Positions 17,647 to 26,639 of a stretch of DNA of 32,000 bases are shown piece after piece. The DNA is from Candidatus Scalindua sp. (GTDB lineage Bacteria; Planctomycetota; Brocadiia; Brocadiales; Scalinduaceae): NCBI GenBank assembly GCA_031316235.1, contig JALDRA010000001.1, forward strand, positions 4,117,783-4,149,782. Reading direction: 5' to 3'. Numbering within the stretch: position 1 is the first letter of the stretch; every line of letters starts with the position of its first letter. Under the pieces are notes generated by a model. It was not told the DNA's origin and made no database searches. It saw only the letters and a program-made list of their open reading frames with translations. Both the position numbers and the translations under genes were made by a program.

Positions 17647-19014
17647 TTAGATAAGCCGGTGGCTAAAGATATCCATCAATTTTACCAATGGACACCAATA
17701 CCGGCACCATACTTTACCACCGAGAAATGGGTACAGTATAACAGAAATAATACCGACAAGCCACACATCTACGAGAATCTTGTACCAATATAAATTTGCC
17801 TCTGCCGCTTTGACCGGAAACCCTATAACGTCCTTCAGAAGCATTAATCCAGTAACTATAAACGCCGTCCAGAGAATGAAACTACTCATCTTCTCCCGCT
17901 TGATGCTTGTATTACCTTTTGGGGCCAGACATATACGATACCATATGCCCGCCAAGGTTGTCATGCAAAATTCGGATCATTTGCCAGCGCTTCTCCTACT
18001 CATTTATATTCTACGGCAAACTGGAACAGGAACTCCGGAATGATAAAGAACATGATCCACTGAAACCCGATGAGTGAAGAATAGCGAAAGATCTGCAATC
18101 GGTCTTTCTTGTCAAACCCCCACTCTTTCATGGCTGAAACTCCAAAGGCGGTCTTTACGGCAGTATAAAGGACCGTATACCAGAACGCCCATGGTCTCCC
18201 AAAGAGTGAGAACAGTGCGTTACCCCACCCACGAAATGGCCAGAACTCAGAGCCGCCACCCACCTTAACTCCATAAATTGTATAGCATATGAGAAAAGTA
18301 ATGCCCAGCCACGAAAATCGCTCTCTCTTCGCAAAACCACCATATAAAAGACCCGTCAAACCGGTAAAGAAGAGTGGTACGCCAAACAGCTCAGGTATCC
18401 AACCAAGAAGAGGTCTGTTCCATTCGTGGCTGTCTCCTCCCCATATTGAGAGGTCCAGAAGCGAAAGGATTACGAGACTAAAATTTTTCCATAGGTTTCC
18501 TGTCCACTCCCCTTCAAGTCGAATGCCCTGCTTCTTGAGAAACTTTACCGGTAATTCAGCTCCGATAAGCTCAAACGCATGATGGTAAGATATTCTTTCG
18601 GTTGCTGTTCCCGCCCCCAACCACAATGATCTCTTCATCGCGGTAGTGTTTTGGAGCATAGAGACGTGGTATACCTCTTCTCGATCTTCACCAGGTACTC
18701 CCAGCTTTCGCGCGTTACCACGCTGACCTGACCTATAGCCAGAATAACTCGGCGAGCCTTTAACGTATCTCCACGATGAGTTTTAACGTTAAAATTTTTT
18801 CCGTCCTTTACTATGCTTTCGACACCTTGATCGGTCTTGACATTAAGACCGTTTTCATTGATAATTTGATGCCAGCGGTAGAGTAAAAAATGAAAAAACC
18901 CTGCATTATGGCAAATGGATCATTGTGAAAATTTGCTAATGTAAGGATATCAGGAGAGACATGCCTACTTTCTATCACAAAACCGATATTTACAAACATA
19001 TCGACAACAATCAC
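17647..19014 (-). pseudogene. decayed FAD/NAD(P) oxidoreductase fused to a polytopic 4Fe-4S-type membrane domain
   Basis: Homologous pieces sit in different frames on the minus strand:
- LLYRWHQIINENGLNVKTDQGVESIVKDGKNFNVKTHRGDTLKARRVILAIG (about 18870-18720)
- SGQRGNARKLGVPGEDREEVYH in another frame
- HYRDEEIIVVGGGNS (second Rossmann motif) in a third frame, running into a stop
- the membrane part, ORF 18000..18659
- after a stop, ORF 17647..17964, which ends in GGKVWCRYWCPL

No intact GxGxxG N-terminus is present. Confidence 0.65.
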
Positions 19015-19050
19015 CTTTTCTACATTTCAAAAAGCTTATTCAATTGAGCT

Positions 19051-19080
19051 AAGTCAAGTATTTAAAAAAAAACTTGACTT
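19051..19080. promoter_or_regulatory. 9-bp perfect inverted repeat AAGTCAAGT-N12-ACTTGACTT
   Basis: Arms are at 19051-19059 and 19072-19080 around an A-rich spacer. It lies between the pseudogene and the AOX-like gene. Function unknown. Confidence 0.25.
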
Positions 19081-19424
19081 ACACTTGTCATTGCCTTAAT
19101 CTCGCACAGTTTCAAAAAAACAATTTTCTATCATTCATTGTCGTAAGTGATGAATCTTTGCAGGCGACAATTAAATGTACGAAAAAATTTTCTTGTCGCA
19201 AGGGAAACAGGGATGACCCTTGCAAAGCTGACTCTTTAATTGGGGAAGTTCTTCTCATTTTATATGCCGAAATAAAGAGCATTGTTCTTATCGGCAGGCA
19301 TATGGAGACGGCTATTTCTGTCGCTGCTCAACGAAGTAAGAGATTTACAATAAGCACAAGGTACGAACGTTTAATAGACAAATATAGCGGGTGTGTAAAC
19401 GTATCCCAGAAAAGGAAAGACTCT

Positions 19425-20114
19425 ATGGAACAGGTGAAGATTGATTTAAAGAAAGAACAACAGTCATCCTTGGCTCGGACGAGGTATAAATATTCATTGG
19501 CGGCGAAATGTTTTTTTATGACGATGGATTGGATTACAGGGAAAAAAGTGACCCTGGCCAAAACGAAGCTCATTGAAATTCTGGCAAGCATTCCTTACCG
19601 GGCCTGGGAAGTCCGTCAATATGGGCGGTTGACGCGCCTCTTTCGAAAAAAAGAAGTTGTGGAAGAAGCCCTGAGAATTATGAAATGGGGGCGAGAAGCT
19701 CAGGACAATGAATATTGGCATTTGCGTGTTATTCATGAAAAAATGAAAGAAGACGGCATTAAAGAACCGTGGTATTTCTTTCCATTGATCCCCTTCATGA
19801 TGGTCATTTCCTATGTGTTGATTACGCGATTCATGGCGTTGGTAAATATCCGCCGAGCATTTCTTTTTAACGCGGAGTTTGAAGACCATGCCGAACATGT
19901 TTATGCTCAGTTTGTCGCAGAGAATCCTCAATGGGAGGGGCAGCCTGTTCATAATGAGCTGGTTAAACAATATGGGGATCTTAACAATTGGGCGGATGTG
20001 TTCCGGCGCATCGGTTTGGATGAACGTGATCACAGGAATGATAGTTTCGTTTTTTGCGGCAAACGCGAGTGTGTTGTCAAGTACGATGGAATGCCTGTTA
20101 GAGTAGAGAGCTAG
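19425..20114 (+). CDS. alternative oxidase (AOX/PTOX family) like di-iron carboxylate protein
   Basis: The track ORF (19074..20114) starts at TTG. I call ATG 19425 (MEQVKIDL), which follows AAAGGAAAG and gives 229 aa. The four AOX iron-ligand helices are recognisable in order: LIEILASIPY (LET-A type), EAQDNEYWHL (NE-xH), AEFEDHAEHVY (LEEEA type), GLDERDHRND (RADE-xH type). Confidence 0.72.
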   Translation: MEQVKIDLKKEQQSSLARTRYKYSLAAKCFFMTMDWITGKKVTLAKTKLIEILASIPYRAWEVRQYGRLTRLFRKKEVVEEALRIMKWGREAQDNEYWHLRVIHEKMKEDGIKEPWYFFPLIPFMMVISYVLITRFMALVNIRRAFLFNAEFEDHAEHVYAQFVAENPQWEGQPVHNELVKQYGDLNNWADVFRRIGLDERDHRNDSFVFCGKRECVVKYDGMPVRVES

Positions 20115-20314
20115 GAGAGGTATATAGACTTTTTGCCAAATCCATACGACAGTACTGCTATTTATATTCAAACCCTCATCCACTTTATTATCAAAGCAGA
20201 TCAATTTAAGGCTTAATTTTCAAAAAACATTTGACTTTAGTTAACTGTTTTACTACATTTTTTAAATCTCAAACAAGCAATTTCCTATCTTCCATCTATA
20301 TTGCTAGTGTCACG

Positions 20315-20938
20315 TCAATCATCAAGTGTCGGGTAAAGTTTAGATAATCTTATCCTGGCATCAATCGTAGTAAACTGCCAGTTAGCCTTTGATTTCTTAT
20401 TGTTTCTAAATTTCTGCCATGACTGTACTTCTTTTTTTATCTTTGTAATATTATCAATCCGCCTGTTTAAACACTGTCCAGCAAGTACATTCAACTCGAT
20501 TTCTGCCATATTTAACCAGCTACCATGCTTTGGGGTGTAGACAAACTCAAATTTATCTAAAATTTCCTTTGCTTTATCCGGCACAAACGTTTCATACAAC
20601 GATCCAGCATCATGAGTATTCAAGTTGTCCATTACTAATGTTATTTTGTTCGCATGACCATATGTATTAACAACGTCTTCCAGAAAATAGGACCAATCTT
20701 GTTTAGTTCTTCTTTCTGTTATTTTTACTATACGTTTCCCGGCCAATGGTTCAAAGGCCAGAAAAATATTACACACTCCACAACGCTTATATTCATAGTC
20801 ATACTTAGCCGGTTGCCCTGGTGAAGCAGAAATTGGCATCTTTGTCTCTGATATAAGTTGCTTTGGTGACTCGTCCATACATATTACTGGATACTTAGCG
20901 TCATATGGACGTTTGTATACATCCAGCACCATTTCCAT
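20315..20938 (-). CDS. IS630 transposase, DDE catalytic part (orfB)
   Basis: 207 aa with DDE_3 motifs (VICMDESPKQL, ITLVMDNLNTH, GSWLNMAEIE). The orfB frame stays open upstream to the A8 run (complement of 21009-21016) and reads IKKNEIKPWQRKGWVIPPKENGSFVANMEM. A one-base shift in that run would therefore fuse orfA and orfB. Confidence 0.85.
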   Translation of the reverse strand: MEMVLDVYKRPYDAKYPVICMDESPKQLISETKMPISASPGQPAKYDYEYKRCGVCNIFLAFEPLAGKRIVKITERRTKQDWSYFLEDVVNTYGHANKITLVMDNLNTHDAGSLYETFVPDKAKEILDKFEFVYTPKHGSWLNMAEIELNVLAGQCLNRRIDNITKIKKEVQSWQKFRNNKKSKANWQFTTIDARIRLSKLYPTLDD

Positions 20939-20973
20939 GTTAGCGACAAAACTGCCGTTTTCTTTTGGCGGTA

Positions 20974-21447
20974 TTACCCAACCTTTTCGTTGCCAGGGCT
21001 TAATTTCGTTTTTTTTAATATACGGCGTATTGTTTCGTGGGAAATTTTGTCAGTATATTCAAGTTCTACTACCTTGTCTGCTAATAATCGCAGAGACCAT
21101 CTTGCAAAACCTTCTGGCGGCTCGCTACAACTTAACGCTACCAGGTGGGCTTCAAAGTCACCATCTGTCTTCTTTTCATATACTCGATTGCCTTTGCGTC
21201 CATTAAGCGCAACTTCAAAACCTTCTTCAACAAATCTTTTCTTTACCCGGTCAATTTTCTTCATGCTTATTTTAAGAACACGGGCAATTTCAACGTTGGT
21301 CGAACGTTTGCCCTGATACTCACCCTGGTCGCAAGCTAATAATAGTAATGCATTGAGTATCTTTTGGGATCTATGCATCCCTTTAGACGTTAAAGCAACA
21401 AGCCTGTTACGTTCATCGCAATCAAGAGTTACTATGTATTTCTTCAT
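20974..21447 (-). CDS. IS630 transposase, N-terminal HTH part (orfA)
   Basis: 157 aa with helix-turn-helix content (RSTNVEIARVLKISMKKIDRVKKRFVEEG ... ISHETIRRILKK). Confidence 0.85.
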   Translation of the reverse strand: MKKYIVTLDCDERNRLVALTSKGMHRSQKILNALLLLACDQGEYQGKRSTNVEIARVLKISMKKIDRVKKRFVEEGFEVALNGRKGNRVYEKKTDGDFEAHLVALSCSEPPEGFARWSLRLLADKVVELEYTDKISHETIRRILKKTKLSPGNEKVG

Positions 21448-21621
21448 AATCTAAATCTCCCGAAAAAAATTTAATTATGAAGATATTATAATCTATTATA
21501 TACGACATTACAAGCTTGACGTGACACTAGTCGACACTACGGATAAAAATTATTGGCAATGGAATATATAAACCAGGTCTCGTTTTGGCCTTTCATCATC
21601 TATGTCGCTGCCGTTTTCTTA

Positions 21622-23377
21622 TTAGCCCGGATTTCTCACCGATATCTTGCAATAGCCATTAATATATGGTATAAACCATATATTAACAAAGAGTTACAAC
21701 AACACAAAGGAGGCTGTGGATGCAAACAGAGTGTATACAGACAACATTTAATTTTGAGGAACTGGGAAATCGTCAAGTAGTCGCGCGATTCAATGGTGGA
21801 ACAATTTCCACAGGTGCCAGGGGACTACTTTTGAGGGAAGTTGAACACGGTCGAGGTATTTTGAAACAGTTTTCACGATGCTTCATAGATTATCGTGATC
21901 AGGATGAAATTGAACACACCGTTGAAGAACTGATTTCTCAACGAGTATATGGGATAGCATTAGGATACGAAGATTTAAATGATCATGACAGTTTGCGGGC
22001 TGATCGTTTGCGGGCAATATTATGTGGGAAGGAAGACCCAAGTGGCCAGGATCGACGCTGTGCAAGAGACAAGGGGAAAGCATTAGCAGGTTAGAGTACT
22101 TTGAACAGACTGGAATTAACGCCTCCTGATGCTACGAGGAAAGACCGTTATAAAAAGATAGTGTATTGTAGAGAAAAGGTTGAAGAATATTTTGTAGACA
22201 TTTTTTTGCGTTCCAGAGAAGAGATACCAGATCAAATAATACTGGACCTGGATGCGACAGACAATCCCCTTTATGGTAACCAGGAAAATCGTTTCTTTCA
22301 TGGATATTATGACAGTTACTGTTATCTGCCCTTGTACATTTTTTGTGGAAGCCAGTTGCTGTGTGCAAAGCTGAGGCCTTCGGATATTGATTGTAGTGAA
22401 GGTTCTAAAGAAGAAGTAGAAAGAATTGTCAAACATATCCGTAAACAGTGGCCAGATGTGAGAATTATTCTACGGGGTGATTCTGGCTTTGCGAGAGAAG
22501 AATTGATGAAGTGGTGTGAGGCGAACGGTGTTGACTATCTATTTGGTTTAGCAAAGAATTCGCGCCTCATAAAGATGATCGAAGGAGAACAGGAAGAAGC
22601 CCGGAAAGAATATGATCGGACAGAGCAGGCGTCTCGTGTGTATAAAGACTTTGTATACAGGACCCTGAAAAGTTGGTCAAGAGAAAGACGGGTTGTTGGC
22701 AAGGCGGAATATTTGAGGAGGGGTCCCAATCCACGTTTTGTGGTAACTTCACTAAAGCGTGAGAAAATCGATGCCAGGGTTCTTTATGAGAAAGAGTATT
22801 GTGCACGAGGGGAAATGGAAAATCGTATTAAAGAGCAGCAGTTGTATTTGTTTGCCGATAGAACGAGTACCGAGACAATGAGGGCAAACCAACTGAGGCT
22901 ATGGTTTTCATCGGTTGCCTATGTTTTGTTAGATGAGCTCCGACGAATTGGTTTGCGTTCAACAGACTTTGCAAAGGCGCAATGCCACACGATACGTAAC
23001 AAACTGTTTAAGATAGGAGCTCAAATTCAAATCAGTGTTAGACGGATTTGTGTTTCCTTAGCCGACGGTTACCCCTATCAGAAGATTTTCCGGCAAGCTT
23101 ACGAAAACTTGCGTATGGCATACTCGTTGTCATAAGGTGCATAAACATAATTTGGAAGATCCTGAATGTGAAAAATTACGATAAAAATGATAATTACGGG
23201 AGGCGTACGCCCAGAGCTCTATGATTAAACGTTATATTCTCATTTTTTCTTTTATGAATAGGATAAAAGTTTGAACTTTTTGTACAAAATAAATATTAAC
23301 ATGAAATTTTAAATAAAATGTGTGGGTTTTAATGAATTTTTCCGGTTTTCAGTCAACCGGTGAGAAATGGGGGCTAA
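21622..23377 (+). mobile_element. IS1380-family insertion sequence (1756 bp)
   Basis: Imperfect terminal inverted repeats: TTAGCCCGGATTTCTCACCG (21622-21641) and the complement of CGGTGAGAAATGGGGGCTAA (23358-23377), 17 of 20 matching. They enclose one long transposase frame. I could not identify a target-site duplication. Confidence 0.75.
21720..23135 (+). pseudogene. IS1380-family transposase interrupted by a single in-frame TAG
   Basis: ORFs 21720..22094 and 22101..23135 are in the same frame (offset 381 nt) and are separated only by TAG at 22092-22094. Across the stop the sequence reads ...GKALAG*STLNRLELTPP, where family members as I recall them have G-K-STLNRLE; that implies AAG to TAG. 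N-terminal hallmarks are VARFNGGTISTGARGLLLREVE and YGIALGYEDLNDHDSLR. Confidence 0.75.
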
Positions 23378-24202
23378 CACATCTTTTCCGCGCTTCTTGT
23401 GAGGGAAGAAATACGTCCACAAATCATTTGACGCACTATGCAACCAGTGCCTGTCACCATTGATATTAATACCGGTTTCATCAGCATGCAAAAAATCTGC
23501 ATTGACCAATCTCACTTTTACCTTTTCATCAAAGATCCCTGATAAATCCGCTTCCTGATTAAAGTTGAAAAGAGAGCCTATGCTTACAGGTATCTGCAGT
23601 TGCTCACGGAAGTAGTCTTCTATTCTGTTGTAAGGGATCAGTTGAAACTGCGACATATAGACAGAATGTGCTTTTAAACTTGTTCCATACTGTACTGCTT
23701 TTTCTACACCTTTGGGGAAAGGAGCAACAAATCTTTTACCCTGACTATCCTCAAGTACCTGCGCCCTGTACTCTGTTACAACCCGTGAAATATCAATATC
23801 GAATACCTGCCGTGATTCGTATCCTGCTTCCGTGTATGTGCCTCGTGGAAGGCTACGCCTGTCTAATTTGATAATCTTTGTCTCATCAGGGTTGTCAACT
23901 TTTTGAAGCGTTACACCCACACGGCCTTTTTGTCCTCCGGCTTTCCTATTCCCCCTCTTCTTAGGATCTTTCCTGCGATTTGGATCACTTGATGGCGGCT
24001 TGCTGCTATTACTGCTATTTAGGTTTAGACGGTTAACAAGTAAGGATGCGACTAAAGCCAGCAGCTCAATCATTGACCTAACAGCCGGAGACAGATCCTT
24101 CTCTTCTTTAAGCAGTACCTTTACTTTATTGAGCGTAGCATCTATATCAATGTTGTTTATTGTCACTGGATAGCACCTGAATGTCCGTGGTTCAGAAACC
24201 AT
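23378..24202 (-). pseudogene. IS66-family transposase, truncated where it abuts the IS1380 right end
   Basis: Hallmarks are SSKPPSSD, GGQKGRVG, HADETGININGDRHWLH and HKKRGKDV. The homologous sequence stops at residue 275. Residue 276 onward (LAPISHRLTEN) is a translation of the IS1380 terminal repeat that ends at 23377. Confidence 0.8.
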
Positions 24203-24570
24203 TCGGACAATAATAATAGCTTTGAATTATCAATTCTGCACTATTATATCACATGCTTTTTAGCCCAGATTTTTATCGCTGTAATCCGTTTTAAGACACT
24301 TGAAAATTTTCATGGCAACAGGGGTAGTAACATACAAATCAAACTCCTCCAAAGCCCTGCTACACGGCACTGTCAAAGAACTAGTAACCAGCTTGTTGCA
24401 ACACTGAAAATTGACAATTTAACCCAAAAACCCTGTCAAGAAAATAATTATTTTTTTCTCTTTTTTTCGCTGAATAGTTACAAAACCATAAAATAAAGCT
24501 CTCCAGTTATCGGATGACTCTATCTTTCTTCTGACCACACAAGCCAAAAATTCCCCCTTTCAAAAGACTT

Positions 24571-25236
24571 CTATCGTTCCCTGACTACATCTATGGCGGA
24601 TAGTAACGCCTGGCGTTCTAATACAGGCATGGATTGAAGTTTCGCTGTCCACCTTCTGGTCTTCCTCTTTATCCGTTCCCGCTCACGAAAGTCATTGCCA
24701 AGATAACGATAATCGTGCAGTTCTACCGGAACACTATAGTTCATCCATAACCACTCAGTTGCTACGCCATGATGACAGACGGCCTGAAAAGAATGTGTCT
24801 GCCAGCTACGCAATAATTCTTTGTATAAGGTTGACTCGTAACCGGATATCATCACCATGCAGGGAAGAGTTTTCAAAACTTCCAGAAGTTGGATGTGCTG
24901 CGCACGGCTATAATCATATTTATATAGCTGTCCATACTTTTTCCTTGTCTCGCGAAGATATGGTGGGTCACAATATACCAGTTCTTTTCCTGTGAAATGA
25001 TAATTATTCAGATAATTAATTGCGTCATCATGGACCAGTTCAAAACCTATTGGATGCATATTCGTCCACATCTCAACAACTTCAGAGTCAATTTCTATCC
25101 CAAAATTACTCCTGGCAGGTCGTTTGTTCCGTATAACAGCACCACCACCCAAATGAGTCTCTATGTAGGCATCATGGGGTGGCATAAGATTGATTAACTT
25201 TTGGAATACACCTCCTTTGCCGCCTGGATAATTCAT
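24571..25236 (-). CDS. DNA adenine methyltransferase (Dam-like, D12 class), no cognate nuclease seen
   Basis: 221 aa. N-terminal MNYPGGKG motif, GGGAV (AdoMet binding), and the catalytic VYCDPPYL (DPPY). Confidence 0.82.
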   Translation of the reverse strand: MNYPGGKGGVFQKLINLMPPHDAYIETHLGGGAVIRNKRPARSNFGIEIDSEVVEMWTNMHPIGFELVHDDAINYLNNYHFTGKELVYCDPPYLRETRKKYGQLYKYDYSRAQHIQLLEVLKTLPCMVMISGYESTLYKELLRSWQTHSFQAVCHHGVATEWLWMNYSVPVELHDYRYLGNDFRERERIKRKTRRWTAKLQSMPVLERQALLSAIDVVRER

Positions 25237-25299
25237 GGAAGTATTATCGTTGAAAGCAACGAGGAAGTCAAGTTCTTTTATTATATTTTACAAAAAATC

Positions 25300-26287
25300 G
25301 GGAATGCTCCCTATCAGAAGTGTCTGAACCGGCGTAATAGAGGTGGAGCAAGAGAAGAAATATTGTTCAGATTGCCAACAAGTGGTAACCACTAAATCGG
25401 AATTAGCCTTGCCGAAATCAGACATAGGATTAAACCTGACAATATTGATATGCTATTTGTGCATGTAATACGGGTGTCTAAGATATTTGAAGATGTTTAT
25501 GAAGAAATCTTACAAGATGTGCAAATAGGACGTATACTATTTGAAGATTAAACCGGGTGGCGAATAAAAGGTAAGCTATGGTGGCTGTGGGTGTTTGGGA
25601 CAGAATATTTTGCATATTTTTCAATAAACAAATCAAGGGGGAAGTGATGTTGTGCTGCGTATTCTTGGAGAAATATTTCCCGGTGTAATGATGGTAGACG
25701 GATGGGGTGCGTATACATCGATAATAAGTGATCAGCAAAGCTGTATGGCACATCTCCTGAGGAAGATACGGAAGTTCAATGCAAAATTTCCGGAGTTACA
25801 GGAGATAGCAAGATTCTATGTAAAGTTTAGGAGAATAATAAGAGATGGTGAACGTGTGCAAGGTTTGCGTAAGGAGTACTGGGAAGAGAAATTCCACAGA
25901 CGTCTTGCAAGATTAGAAAACCGACTGGAAGAACTACTGAGATGGCCCAATCCAGACAACGTACTCGGAAACATAATTGACAAAGCCAGAAGGCAGCAAC
26001 CTCGCATCTTGACATTTGTTCGTTACTCTGGAGTACCTTGCCACAACAACTTTGCAGAGTACTTGATACGCATAGGGGTTCTCAAGCGTAAGATATCGGG
26101 TGGAAGTAAATCAGAGGCTGGAGAAAAGGCTTACGCAGTTTTACTTTCATTTTTTACAACGTGCAAATTGAGAAAAATACCCTTTTTGCGTTTCCTTAAA
26201 GAAAGCTTAAAGCACTATATAATAACCGGAAAGCCCTTGTTATTAAAAGAATTTGCAGAGGTTGAAACACTTAAGATGGCCGCCTAA
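25300..26287 (+). pseudogene. second IS66-family transposase copy, 5'-truncated, with a stop and at least one frameshift
   Basis: A frame-hopping translation gives three pieces:
- VIEVEQEKKYCSDCQQVV (zinc-finger region)
- GISLAEI...VSKIFEDVYEEILQDVQIGRILFED*TGWRIKGKLWWLWVFGTEYFAYFSINKSRG, with TAA at 25549-25551 where the family has the E of DETG
- after a frameshift near 25640, the intact C-terminal ORF 25652..26287 (GVMMVDGWGAYTS...QQSCMAHLLRKI)

It is on the opposite strand to the 23378-24202 copy and overlaps it in domain content, so it is a separate copy. Confidence 0.7.
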
Positions 26288-26390
26288 AGTACCGCAATGA
26301 TCGTTTCTCTCTGAAGACAGTTTGAACTGACAAATTTACGTTTATACATTAATTTTACCTCCTTTCATCCTATCAAGCGCTAGATTCACC

Positions 26391-26639
26391 TTATTCTTTT
26401 TGGGGTTGCCGAAGTCGCAAAAGGCAATGATAGTGAAGCATCGCTAAGTCGGCAACCCCGTATTGTTGGAAGTCGTTAGACATTCCTATCTTAGACAAAT
26501 TATCTTCGACCTGATATTGCCCTCCTATCGCAAAAATAGTCTCAAGGCTGCGTCCTGTAAGTCGAATAGATTCAGGATAAACCCGGTCTACTATGATAAG
26601 GATCAGTCTTAACGATTCCCCTCGGGACCTTCCGGGCAC
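26391..26639 (-). pseudogene. out-of-frame continuation of the repeat protein (extra ..I-VDRVYPE..RL module)
   Basis: The 82-aa ORF overlaps the end of 26609..27319 in another frame. It carries ESLRLILIIVDRVYPESIRLTGRSLETI, a clear copy of EELVLIEAIDRVYPELRLVDRVAFVREV in the upstream protein (DNA GACCGGGTTTATCCTGA versus GACCGGGTGTATCCGGA). Confidence 0.5.

Larger units (their letters stand above)
20306..21528 (-). mobile_element. IS630-family insertion sequence, apparently complete
   Basis: The 15-bp terminal inverted repeats CTAGTGTCACGTCAA (20304-20318) and TTGACGTGACACTAG (21516-21530) include the flanking CTAG. Read as TA|GTGTCACG...CGTGACAC|TA, this is the TA duplication in a CTAG target expected for IS630. 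Two transposase ORFs lie inside. Confidence 0.85.

Noticed and set aside
19074-19424. TTG-initiated 117-codon N-terminal extension of the AOX-like ORF
   Set aside because: It has no SD at the TTG or at the internal ATG 19302, and the sequence is Cys/Lys-rich and not AOX-like. ATG 19425 has a good SD and gives a typical bacterial AOX length. I kept it only as an open leader worth noting.
19494-20204. 236-aa minus-strand ORF opposite the AOX-like gene
   Set aside because: It is antisense to a frame containing all four ordered di-iron motifs and has no motifs of its own.
21531-21621. Expected continuation of the truncated IS66 transposase on the far side of the IS1380 element
   Set aside because: None of the three minus-strand frames of this 91-bp gap resembles the expected IS66 sequence after the SRG/KRG motif. 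I therefore do not claim a clean insertion with target duplication.
24260-24279. TTAGCCCAGATTTTTATCGC, resembling the IS1380 left terminal repeat (14/20 overall, 12/13 over the first 13 nt)
   Set aside because: A rough binomial estimate suggests one or two ungapped 14/20 matches by chance in two strands of 32 kb. I found no partner repeat. It may still be a solo end, but I cannot support that.
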